The position numbers and the translations under genes are program-made. This document shows positions 1 to 11,500 of a DNA stretch of 55,051 nucleotides, in pieces. Source of the DNA: a virus. Its lineage: Duplodnaviria; Caudoviricetes. The first letter of the stretch is position 1; each line of letters opens with the position of its first letter. The notes below the pieces were generated by a model that was given only the letters and a program-made list of their open reading frames with translations, had not been told where the DNA came from and did no database searches. Location: positions 1 to 55,051 of the IMG/VR virus record IMGVR_UViG_3300044262_000024, one strand, 5' to 3'.

Positions 1-1175
1 CGGCAGCGCCTGATTACGCTCCGCTGGCCACGGCTTCGAAAGAATCAGCGCAGATCATGGCGGACCTTGGCGAGAAACAAATTGCCGCCGCGGAGCGCAT
101 GTATGCCGAGCAAAGCGCGATGGCGAACGGTATCGCCTCGCAGCAGTTGGCGATTGCGCAGCAATCAGCAGAACAGGGGCAGGATTATTTTGACTACCTC
201 AAGGAGTTTCGCCCGGCCGAGCGCGCCATGCTGGACGAGGCGATGGCCGACAATAGCGCCGAGATCGCCGAGTTCGACGCCGCAAACCAGGCTGACGCGG
301 CCGCACTGACTGCCGACGACTCAACCGTTTACGAGGCCAACCGCGGCGCGATTGATAACGATGTTGGCCGCGCCGTGGCGGACGCGCAGGGCGGCCATAC
401 CCGCGCGCTCAATCAGGCGATCCGTCAGGGATTGCGCTACGGCGGGTCGGTTTCCGAGATGGCTGGGAATGTCGGCGCCCTGAGTGCCGCCCAGGCGTCG
501 TCTACCGCATCTGCTGCAAACGGTGCGCGCACCTACGGGATCGACAACGCACGCCAGCGTATTGGCACCAGATTGCAGCTACGCGGCGCCAACAAATCTG
601 CAAAGAATGGCCAGGAAGCGATTGGCTGGGCGAAGAAGCTCGATGCTGCAGGCTTGGTCAAGGGGTTGCCTGGTGCGTCGACAGGCGCCTATAGCGTGGC
701 AGTCGGAGCGGGTGACAGTGCGATGCGCAACACAATGGCCCCGGGCGCGCTGTATCAGGATGGCTTGGCGAAGGGGGCGAGCACAGTCGGGCAGGGCCGC
801 CAGCTTTACCAGGGTGGGTTGTCCGGCGTACTGAATTCGCAGACCAGTGTTTACAACACCGATGCGCAGAACAGCCTCGATGTTGGTGGGCTGTTGAGTG
901 GAGGCGCCGCTCTGGCCAAGGCCGGCGTGTTCTCTGGTGCCGCATTCTCCGACCGTCGCCTCAAGGAAAACATCGAGGCAGTCGGTGTCGACGAGGCTAC
1001 CGGGCTCACCTTGTATGAATTCAACTACATCGCTGACGAGCGCCGTTTCCGCGGCGTGATGGCGGACGAGGTGGAGAAAGTCATGCCGGAGGCGGTGCTG
1101 TTCGACAAGCGCGGCTACCGTCTGGTCGACTACGGGCGGCTTGGAATCGAAATGAGGGAGGTAGCATGCGCCTGA
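1..1175 (+). CDS. Internal virion/ejection protein with C-terminal peptidase S74-type intramolecular chaperone; probably 5'-truncated by the window edge
   Basis: Frame is open upstream of ATG 57 (..AAPDYAPLATASKESAQIM). Ala/Gly/Gln-rich body; C-terminal FSDRRLKENI..LYEFNY..GVMADEV motif. Confidence 0.75.
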   Translation, partial: AAPDYAPLATASKESAQIMADLGEKQIAAAERMYAEQSAMANGIASQQLAIAQQSAEQGQDYFDYLKEFRPAERAMLDEAMADNSAEIAEFDAANQADAAALTADDSTVYEANRGAIDNDVGRAVADAQGGHTRALNQAIRQGLRYGGSVSEMAGNVGALSAAQASSTASAANGARTYGIDNARQRIGTRLQLRGANKSAKNGQEAIGWAKKLDAAGLVKGLPGASTGAYSVAVGAGDSAMRNTMAPGALYQDGLAKGASTVGQGRQLYQGGLSGVLNSQTSVYNTDAQNSLDVGGLLSGGAALAKAGVFSGAAFSDRRLKENIEAVGVDEATGLTLYEFNYIADERRFRGVMADEVEKVMPEAVLFDKRGYRLVDYGRLGIEMREVACA

Positions 1176-2539
1176 ATTGGAGCAACGTGGGCCGCGGGGT
1201 GGGCGACATTGCCGACGCCGTGCGTGAAAAGAAACTGGCTGACGAGTCCGCTCTCCTGACCAAGAAGATGGACGGCTCGACCACCTTCACCGCCAACCAG
1301 GGCGAAGAGGCTGGTGCACCGGCCATGCCAGACCAGCAATCTGCGCAGAAATTCGCCGACTACAACAACACGATCGCCGCCGAGGACGAAGCCACCTTTG
1401 GCGCCGGTGCCCTGTCCAGTGCGCCGAAAACGACGGTCGACAAGAGTCAGTCCTACACCCGCGCCGATTACTACGCCGACATGGGCAAGCGGGCTTCCGC
1501 GCTTGGCATGCACGACAAAGCGGAGCGTTACGATTTGCTCTCCGAAACTGCGCGCGACCGTGAATTCAACCGCACCCGCCTCGAGGCTTCCGACAAGCGC
1601 ACCGCTGAATCGCACGACCAGAGCATGAAAAAGGGCGACATTGAGATTTCCAACCTTGAGCGCCAACAGCAGGACCGCGCTCGGGTTGATGGGTTCAATG
1701 CAGCGATTTCCACCGAATACGAAGCCGCCACCAAGGCCGGCAAGCCGATGCCGTTCTCGCGCGTCAAAGAGATTGCGCTCGAGCACAAGCTGTCGCCGAC
1801 CCAAATGCTGACGGCCTACAGCGAAATGAACGGTATCGACACAGCCGAGGCAGGGCAGGCCGTCGCAGCACGCGCGCGGGCAGCGATGGAAGCGGCGCGC
1901 GGCGGTCTCGACAACATGGTCAGCGTCTACGAGACCAATCCGCTGTTCAACGACGGACAGAAGCTGGAGGTGAAGCGCGGCAAGAATGGCCAAGTAACCC
2001 TTCTGCAGAACGGCCGACCGATCACCGACCAGCCGTTCCAGAGCGAGAACCAGGCCACCGGCTTCCTGCTGAAATACGCCACCGATCCGATGTCGGCGCT
2101 TGAGTTCGATATGTCGATCAGAAAACACCAGGCCGGGCTGCGTGAGTCGGAATCCAAGACCAGCGAGAACGAGGCCCAGACGTCGAGCGCGCTGGCCACG
2201 GCCGCCAAGACCCGCGCCGAGACCGGCGTCATCAAACAGGGCGGCGACGGGAAATTCAAGGTCGAGGCAAACGAAGTGTCATCTGCTCTCGGTAAGCCTG
2301 CGCTGGACGAGCGCGGGCGTCCCATCACAGATGACTACGGCATGCAGAAATACACCCGCAATCCTGCCGAGGAAGAAGCGTTCTACAAATGGATGCGTTC
2401 GCAAGGAATCCTCGACACCAACAAGGCCATCGCTATGTGGAAAGGCGGTGCCCGCGACCAGGTCATGCCAAAGCCAGAGCCGAAAGCGCAGCCGCAAGGA
2501 ACTGGCAGAGACAAGTCTTACAAACACCTTTGGAATTAA
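1166..2539 (+). CDS. Putative internal virion (ejection) protein
   Basis: 457 aa, helical and charged, coupled between the S74 protein and the giant protein as in podovirus ejectosome modules. Confidence 0.6.
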   Translation: MRLNWSNVGRGVGDIADAVREKKLADESALLTKKMDGSTTFTANQGEEAGAPAMPDQQSAQKFADYNNTIAAEDEATFGAGALSSAPKTTVDKSQSYTRADYYADMGKRASALGMHDKAERYDLLSETARDREFNRTRLEASDKRTAESHDQSMKKGDIEISNLERQQQDRARVDGFNAAISTEYEAATKAGKPMPFSRVKEIALEHKLSPTQMLTAYSEMNGIDTAEAGQAVAARARAAMEAARGGLDNMVSVYETNPLFNDGQKLEVKRGKNGQVTLLQNGRPITDQPFQSENQATGFLLKYATDPMSALEFDMSIRKHQAGLRESESKTSENEAQTSSALATAAKTRAETGVIKQGGDGKFKVEANEVSSALGKPALDERGRPITDDYGMQKYTRNPAEEEAFYKWMRSQGILDTNKAIAMWKGGARDQVMPKPEPKAQPQGTGRDKSYKHLWN

Positions 2540-2548
2540 GGTTAGCCG

Positions 2549-5500
2549 ATGGCAAAGAAATGGGGTGATGTTGCCGCAAGCGCGGAGTTCAAGGCGCTTT
2601 CCGGTGATGAGCAAGAGGCGGCGCGCAATGAATACTTCAACACCGTAATTGCCCCTCAATTGCCGGAATCTGACGTGAAGTTTGCGCGCGGACAGTTCGA
2701 TGACGACACCAAACCAACCTTCTTCGATGGTGTGAAGGAGTTGGCCGCTCAGGCCAAGGACAACATCGTAAGCGCCTTCACTGACCCTCTCGGTAAAGGA
2801 AGCGAGGCCGAGCGGCCCGTCACGCAGATGGTCGATGCAGACAGGGCCGCGTCAGGCGCACCGCGAGCCGCCACACCCAAGGAAGCCCCGCCTGTCTCCC
2901 CCGTGTCGCTCAGCGACGACCTGCTGCAATCCGCCAAGGCCCCGCAGGCCGACATGGAAACGCTGCGCACCGAGGGCTTTGCTGCTGCATCCGCCAAGCT
3001 GCGCGGCGAGCAGGACGCCAAGGCCAATGCCCCGCTGCGCGAGCCGGCTCGCAAGATGCTGGACGATCGCACTGCCGGCGACGTGGCGCACGACTACGCG
3101 GTTTCTCTCAACAAGGGTATCGGCCAGACGGTCGAAATGGGCGGCACGATCTATGGCCTCATCAGCGGCGACATGGACAACACTGTCCGCAAGACCGGAG
3201 AGCACTACGTCAAGCGCAGCGAGGCCAAGCTGTCACCGTTCCGCCAGCAGGAGATCGCCGACCAGCGGCAGAAACTGAAGACGATCGAGGAAGAGGCCGG
3301 GCAGTCGGCGGCATTCTTCGTGGCCCTGGCTGATTCGCTGGTCGACCCGATGAAACTGGTCGAGCAGCTTCCGCAATTGGCGGTAGGCGGTGGCGCCGGC
3401 AAGGTTGTCGGCGGCGCGGTCGGTAAGGCTGCGGCCAAGCACGGCACCACGGCGGCTGTCGGTACGACCGTGGCCGCCAATGCGGCGATGGAAGGAGCGG
3501 ACCCCGCGGGTGACGCCTACGACCGCATGATGGCGCTGCCGGATGAGTTGTGGCAGCAGAGCGACGCCTACCAAGCCGAACTGGCCAAGACCGGCGACGC
3601 CCAGGCGGCCAAGCACGCGGTTTCGTTGAGTTCGGCGCGCAAGCTGGCCGGCGTGGCGGGCGGGATCGCGCTGGGTGCGGCATTCCTGCCGGGCGGCCGC
3701 ACGATCGATAACCTGCTGGTCGATGGCGTTCAGGGCGTCGGCGGCCGTGCGCGGCGTGCCGGTGTCGGCGCAGCGGGCGAGAGCGGCGGCGAGGCGCTGC
3801 AGGAAGGCGGCGGCGCGGCCGGTGCCAACCTGGCCGTGCAGCAGATCGACCCATCGCAGCAGGTCATGGAAGGCGTCGGCGCGGCGGCTGGCGAAGGCGC
3901 TGGCGTCGGCGGTCCCATGGGTGCGGCGGCCGGCTTTGCCTCCACTCCGCAGCAGGAAGACGCCGCCCCGACCGAGGCTGATTACCGCGAGGCCGTGCAA
4001 CGCGCTTTCCCCAGGACGTCGGCACGCGATGCGGAAGCGGCGCCCGTGGAGCAACCCCCGCAGGAAACCCGCACGCAGAAGATCAAGCGCGAGATCGAGG
4101 CACGCAAGGCAGCGCTGCGCGCCGAGATTGGCATGCCGGAACAACCGAAGCCCGCGATGCCTGCAGACGAGCTCGACCAGGATCAACTGCTGGAAGACCT
4201 GAATACAGAACAGGGGGCGGCCGATGGCGCAGCGCGACGCAGACCTGCCGAAATGGCTCAAGGCGGCGGTGAAGGCCGGGGCGATCTCGGAGCCCAAGGC
4301 ATTCCTGCTGCTGTGGTATCAGGATCAGGAAATGGAGTGGATACCCCTGCCGGAGTCGCTACACCCGGCGGCGGAAGCGATCTGGCTGCTGGAACTGCCG
4401 CCGGCGGGGCCGATGCAGTAGCACAAGGCGTTGGATTCAAAGAGGCATTTGACTCGCTTACCGAAGGCGGAACCACTGCAGACCTGTACCGCAAAGCATT
4501 CGATTCGCTGTCTTCTGGCAAGAGCACCATAGCCGGAGTAAAAGACCCAATCCTTGCGCGTGCCAAACCTGCATTCGACGCAGGGCTTATCAAGTCGCCT
4601 GACGACATCCGTAATTTTGAGCAGTCCGGGTATCCGAATGCCAAGCCCGCGGCTATCGACGACGCCGCCCACCAAGCCGCGACCAGCCCGACGGATACGC
4701 TACAGAATACCCAGGAGACGCAATCTGTTGCCGACGCAATGGTGGTTGGTTCCGACCGCAGCGGCGATAGACCGAAGCGAGTGTCCGGTATTGAACAGGC
4801 GGACGGCTTCGGCGACATCCCAAAAGACGGGCCGCAGAGCGGTCGTGCGAATACCACGACGCTGGAAGGCCTGAGCGAGAGTGCGATAGGTGGTTCCAAC
4901 CTCCCGCGCGATGTCTTGCGTGCGCATGCCGCCAGCGGCAAGAGCTTTGGCTCGCTCGATGTCCCAGGACAGCGACGAGTGCTCGATTCGGTGCGCGCGC
5001 TGATCGACGACGATAAGGTTTTCGGGTCTGTTGTTCAGTCCGTTCCCGTCGATGTGATGAACCAACTCGCCGGGTCTGAGCTTGCGGCCAAGCAGGCGCT
5101 GGACGACAAGGCGATGTTCATAGACGCGCTCTCCAGTGGGCGAAACGGTCTCGATGTACGGAGTAGAGCGGTCGATGCGCTGGTGCGCAGTCCTGCATTT
5201 GCGGCTGCAGTACATGCGTCCCCACTTGGCGCGGGACGGAGTGCGGAAACTGACGGCTCCACAGAACAGGCAGGTGATGGCAACGGGCATACGGAACAGG
5301 CTATCACGCGGGAAACAAAACTGCAACCCACAAACGGCAAGGATCAACCGAGCGGAGCGCCCGCCCTGTCCATCGGCTCCACCCCCAACAATGCCGAGCC
5401 CATCACCGTCAAGAATGGCGTGGTCCACGTCGGCAAGTACCCGGCTATGCACTTCGAGTCAGGCGCAGACGTCACCGTGCCGGCCGGCGCCGACAACGCG

Positions 5501-8500
5501 GCGATCGCGCAGGCGCTGCGTGATGCCGGGGTACTGAGCAGCCGGCAACGGATTTACGGCCTACCGAAAGCGACCAAACACAAGTACGACTTGCCGCCAT
5601 CGACAGTGATTCCGGACGAGCCGGCCGAGATTCCGCAGCCGTCGCGCGCACAGCAGATCAAGCAGCAGGATACCAAGGCCAGGAACAAACGTGCCGCGAA
5701 GTCGATCCTGACCGCCGATGACCTGTCCGCGCAGTCGCGCAAGACCTTCATCAAGGCCATCAAGGACATGGGCGGGATCAAGGTCGAGGAAGCCCGCGAC
5801 GTCAGCGGCGAGCCCGCGCACATCGCAAACCGCATGGCGCCTGGCCTGTTCCGCAAGGAAGGCAACGTGCTTGACCTGATTGCACGCCGCCTGAACGAAC
5901 TCGGATATTTGAGCGACGCCGACTACAATGATGTCGACGGCGGCGTGCAGTCCGTGCGCGACCTGATCGGCCAGGCGCTTTCCGGCGAGGCGGTGATGAC
6001 CACAGCCGAGCAGGAGCGCTACCGCGAACTGGTTGCCAAGGAGCAGGAACTGGCGGAAGCCATGCCGGCACGCAACGAAGCGCTGGCTGACATGGTGGAA
6101 GCCGAAGCAACCCAGGACGACGACGGGCTCGACCTCGACGCCCTGCCGACCATGAGCGAAGCCGACGCCATGCGGGCGATGGGATTCAGTGAGGAAGAGA
6201 TCAATGGGACAGCCAACGGAACGCAGGACGAAGATTCTCAAACGGCTCAAGGCGCTGCCGAAGTCGGAGCGGCTGAAGGTGCTGCAACTGGCGCTGGTGA
6301 AGCGGGCCAAGCGGGCTTTGCTCTTGAAGGCCAAAGCCCGGCAGACGTAAAGGCAGCAGAAGCCAAGAAGCAGGCCGACGCCGAAGAGAAGGCGAAATCC
6401 GACGCTGCCGCCGAAGCCAAGGCGAAAGCCGACGCCGAGCGCGACAGCTTCACCCTGGCAGGCTCCGACCGGGCGGCCGATGCCAACCCGAATCAGGCGG
6501 ATATTTTCGGGCAGCCTGTTCAGGAAAATCCCGCGTCCACGGAACGTGAACAACAGACCAGTGATGAACTGAGCCCGCTCACCAAGGCCATGAATGACCT
6601 GGCCGACGTGCGCCAGCGCATCGAAGATCAGGGCCGTGTGGCTGACGACCGCCTGCTGGAGCGCGAGCGCCAGTTGCGGAAGATGGTCAAGGAGTTGGAG
6701 CGGGCCGCCAAACCGAACAAACTCGACGCCGCCGCCGCCAGCATCGACGAAGAACTCGACGCTGCGCTGAATGACCTGGCTGACGCGCTGAAGAAGCAGA
6801 GCGGCCAACTGAATTCAGGCGTAGACCCGGCCATTCTGGCGCTGGGCGTCAAGGTGGGCTCGCTCTACGTCGCCAAGGGTGTGGTCAAGTTCGCGCAGTA
6901 CAGCCGCGCCATCATTGACGCGCTGAAATCCCGTGGCGTCGATGCCGAACAGATCAAACCCTTGCTCAAGCAGTTCTACGCTGCGACCAAGCAGACCGTG
7001 GACGATGCGACGTTCGAGCAGATGGACGATGACCGCGCGGTGCGTGGGTTCGATCTGGAATCGCTGAACGATGAGCCGGTGGCGGAAGCCAAGACAGAAG
7101 CAGAGCAAGAAACCAAGCAGCCGACCACGTTGGACGAGTTCATTGGCAATGTCGACGCTGGCTATAAGGCGCATTTCGACTACGCCGGGGTGGATGGCCG
7201 CACGGTCTGGATCGAGAAGACCGCGCAGGGCTGGGTAATGAAGTCCAAGGATGATGGCCGTTCCTCAGTAATCACCAAGGGCGGGGCCCGGCCGTGGAGC
7301 AAGGGCGACGCGCTCGATGCCGCCGAGCGCGATGCGGAGTACCGTTTTACCAAATGGAAGCCGCTGGCTGACGAAGCACCGTCACCCGTTGCCATGCCTG
7401 AAGCAAACCCGCTCCACGCCGAAGCAGATGCGCTCGGGATTACGGTTGGCAGCAAGACGGATGCACAACTGCGTGCGCAGATCGACTACGCCAAGGCTGG
7501 TGCTGCCCCGGTAGAGGACGCGCCCGCCGAGAAGATCGTCGGCGACAAACTGGAAACCAACCTGCCGGAAGTCGAGCATGTCACCGGCAAGGGCAAGACG
7601 CTGGCGGGCGTGGTCACGAAGACGCTGACCAAGGACCAGGCCGCGGCCGTCGACAAGTTCACCTTCAGGAAGGACGGCGGCTACTTCATTCGCATGAAGC
7701 ATGTGGTTCGTCCAGGTGTTGCCGAGCAAACCCGCGCCGGCACCATCGCCAGCGAAGTGAAGGCGGTCGGCATGCGCGTGATCGTCAATAGCGATAGCCG
7801 CTCATTTTACGAGGGTGAGGCGGACTTCAACGCAGGCAAGCCGCGCGTGCTGCCGTCCTATTACACCGAAACCACCGGCAAGAATGCGAAAGACTGGTAT
7901 CGGGGCTGGGACGCTGCCAACGTGGCGGCCCCGGTATCGGGTGCTACACTAAACGCGGAGGCCAACAATGATGCCGAACACTCACGAATTCCTGAACAAG
8001 CACGTCCTGCAGCCGGAGACGATCAAGCAGATCGAGGCGATGGGCGAGGTGGCGAGCCAGGTAGCCGACCGCTGGGCGGGGGCGTGGCCGAAGCAGACGC
8101 GCGCCTTGGAGAAGGCGGGGGCGCTGTTGCAGGCCGTGAAGGAGCAGGCGGAACTGGAAGCGCAGGCAGTGGCCTACGAGGCGCAGAATCCGTGGGTCGG
8201 GGGAATCGAGAGCCGTCAGATGTTCGGGATCGACCTGAACGCGCCGCCGCCGACGACGTAAGCCTACCGTCCGAGCCGCGCGCCGACTTCGTTGTCGGCG
8301 ACGATACCGCCGAAGCAATCAGCGAGGGCGGCCAGAAAACCAAAGCCCGCAACAACATCGCCGCGATCCGGCTGGTCAAGAAACTGGCCGCCGAGGACCG
8401 CCGCGCCACCATGGACGAGCAGAAGGCGCTCGCGCGCTATGTCGGCTGGGGCGGTATCAAGCAGATTTTCGACGACGGCAAGACCGAATGGGGCGCGCTG

Positions 8501-11500
8501 CGCGATGAACTGAAGGCGCTGCTGACGGCCGAAGAGTACGCCGCGGCAAACCGTTCGATCCTCGATGCGCACTTCACCAGCATGGACGTGGTGACCGGCA
8601 TGTGGGGCGCGGCCAAGCACTTGGGTTTCCACGGCGGGCGCGTGCTGGAGCCATCGGTCGGCGTCGGCAACTTCTTCGGCGCCATGCCGCAGGACGTGCG
8701 CGCCAATTCCACCCTGTTCGGCGTGGAACTGGACAACATCACCGGACAGATCGCCAAGTACCTGTACCCAAACGCGACCATTGCCACCCCGTCAGGCTTC
8801 CAGGATATTGAATTCCCGTCCGGCAGCTTCGACTTCGCCACCGGCAACCCGCCTTTCGGCGAGCAATCGCTGTACGACCGCGCGCATCCCGAGTTCCGCA
8901 GTTTCTCGATCCACCAGTTTTTCTTTGCCAAGGCGCTCGACAAGGTGCGCCCGGGCGGGATCCTGCAAATGGTGGTGTCGCGCTACCTGATGGACAGCCG
9001 CGACGCCGCCGGCTACAAGGCGCGCGAATACCTGGCGCAGCATGCCCGCCTGCTGGGCGCGATCCGCCTGCCGTACAACGCTTTCCTGTCCAACGCCAAC
9101 ACCGAAGTCGTGACCGACATCATCTTCCTGCAGAAACTGGAAGAGGGCGAGGTCGGAAATCCGGAAGCATGGACCGACATGGCCGACGTCGAGACGGTCC
9201 ACCCGAAGACGGGCGAGAAGTTCAGCTTCAGCGTCAACCGCTACTTTGCCGATCACCCGGAAATGGTCGTCGGCACGCACGCGCCGACCGGCAAGATGCG
9301 CCAGGCCAACCAGTACAACGTCGAGCCCCCGGATATGCCGCTGGCGCTGGCCATTGGTCAGGCCGTGGCCAACCTGCCGCGCGATGTTTACCGCGCCGCC
9401 GGCAAGCCGCTGGCCGAACTGGCTTCAGCAGATGCCACCGTGCCGGAGGGCACCAAGGTCTACGGCTACTACCTGGACGGCGAGACAATCATGCAGCGCC
9501 TGCCGGATTCGGCGGGGCAACGTCAGGCCCGCGCGATCGAGTTCAAGGACGGCATGGCGCCCAAGCGCGCCGCCCGCATGATCCAGATTCGGGACACGCT
9601 GCGCAGCCTGATGCGTCTGGAGTTGTCGGAAGAGGCGACCGATGGCCACATCAAGGTCATGCGTGCCACCCTCAATGAGCAGTACGACGCCTTCCGCAAG
9701 ACATTCGGCTACATCAACCAGCCGTCCAACCGCCGCGCGTTCGCCGATGATCCGGACCTGCCGCTGTTGGAATCGCTTGAACCGAAGTTCGATCCCGGGC
9801 TGGGCTCAGAAGCGGCCAAGAAGCGCGGCGAGCCGGCCCGGAAGCCGAGCGCCGAGAAGGCCGACATTTTCAGCAAGCGCGTGCTGCAGCCGCAACATGA
9901 AGTGAAGTCGCTGGAGGCCCAGCAGTACGGGCATCTGCAATCCAATGTCGCCATGCAGGACCGGCTGGCCATGTACCAGCGTGCGCCGCAGAAGATGCGC
10001 GAGCAGCTTGAGTGGGTGCTCCCGTTCAAGGAGGCGGCGGCAGCCCATCCGGCCAAGCCGTTCAGCTACACGACCGCCAATGGCAAGGCGATCGACGACA
10101 TCAAGAACGTCGCCACGCCCATTACCGAGGCCTTTGTGCTGGCGGCCAAGGGAAAGGCCGGCGAGGACGTGACTGCCGGCGAGTATCGCGGCATGAAGAT
10201 CCGCTTCCAGCGCGTGCATGGCTCCATCACGGTCGTCATGCTGAAAGGTGAGCATTCGCTGTTTGTGGGCGATTACACGATGGACGACAAGTTTTCGCCG
10301 TCCGGGCTGTTCACCCGCATCGAGAACGCCATCAGCAAACTGGACGAGCGCGAGAAAGAGGTCCGCGCCGAGGCTGATCGCAGGCTGGCCGAGATCCCGA
10401 AACTGGAAGCCGAGATTGCCAAGCCGTTCGCCAAGGAGGCCGACCTGAAGGCGGCCCGCCAGAAACACCGCGAAACCGTGTCGAAGCTGGCCAAGGCCGG
10501 CGGCGGGGTGGAGTTGTCTCCGGAAATGAAGGAGGACCTGAAGCTGGCGCTGGTGCAGCGGATGCTCGAAGGGCGCAATGCCTCCGGCGATACGTCATTC
10601 GGGTTCGTGGAAGCCGCTGGGGGCTTTACCCCCATCCTTCAACGAGAACTCGATAACGTCATCAAACGGGTCTCCGCCCGCTGGGAACGTCCGAAGGGTT
10701 TTGAGGGCGGGCGTATCACCGCCGTCGACACGCCTGCCGGGCTCCCGGTGTCGATTCTCCGCGCGGCCGCGGCGCAGAATATTCCGCAGGATGAAATCAA
10801 GGGCGTTCTTCACAATGGGCATGTCTACCTCGTCCGGGAGAATTTGAAGGATGCGGCTGACGCCGAACTGACGATCTTCCATGAGGCTTACGGCCATCTT
10901 GGGGCCCGGCTTTACTTCGGCCCCGACGCCAAGGCCGTCGAAAGGGCCATGCTGTCCATCTGGAGAAGGGTAGGCGACCTGGATGGCGTGCGCAACATGG
11001 CCGAGCGGTTCGGCGTGCTGCGCGACGTTGAGCCGTACATCAAGGCGCTGGCCACGGCCGATATGTCGCCCATCGCCAAGCAGAAGATCATCGTCGATGA
11101 ACTGCTGGCGCATGTGGCTGGACGCGGCGACTTCACCCTGGCCGAGCAGTTGAAGGCCTACGTCGGCGCGCTGCGCATCGCATTGCGGAATGCCGCCAAG
11201 GCGATGGGGCTGGATCGTTTGGCCGAGTCCATAAGCCGGTTCACGGACAGTGAATTGCTGTGGACGCTGAAAGGGATGCGGGACGCTGTTGTGAGCGGGA
11301 AGACCGGCAAGGGCGACGGCACGTTGTTTGCCAGGGCGGGCCAGACCGAAACCGAAGCCAGCAAGAAGCCGAAGAAGATAAGCGACAGCACTTACAGCTA
11401 TCGTGGATTTAGGATTAAAAAGGATGTTTCTCCGTCATCAACGGGGTGGAGCAACACCTACACCATTAGGAATGACGGCAAGAAGGTCAGTGTTGATACG

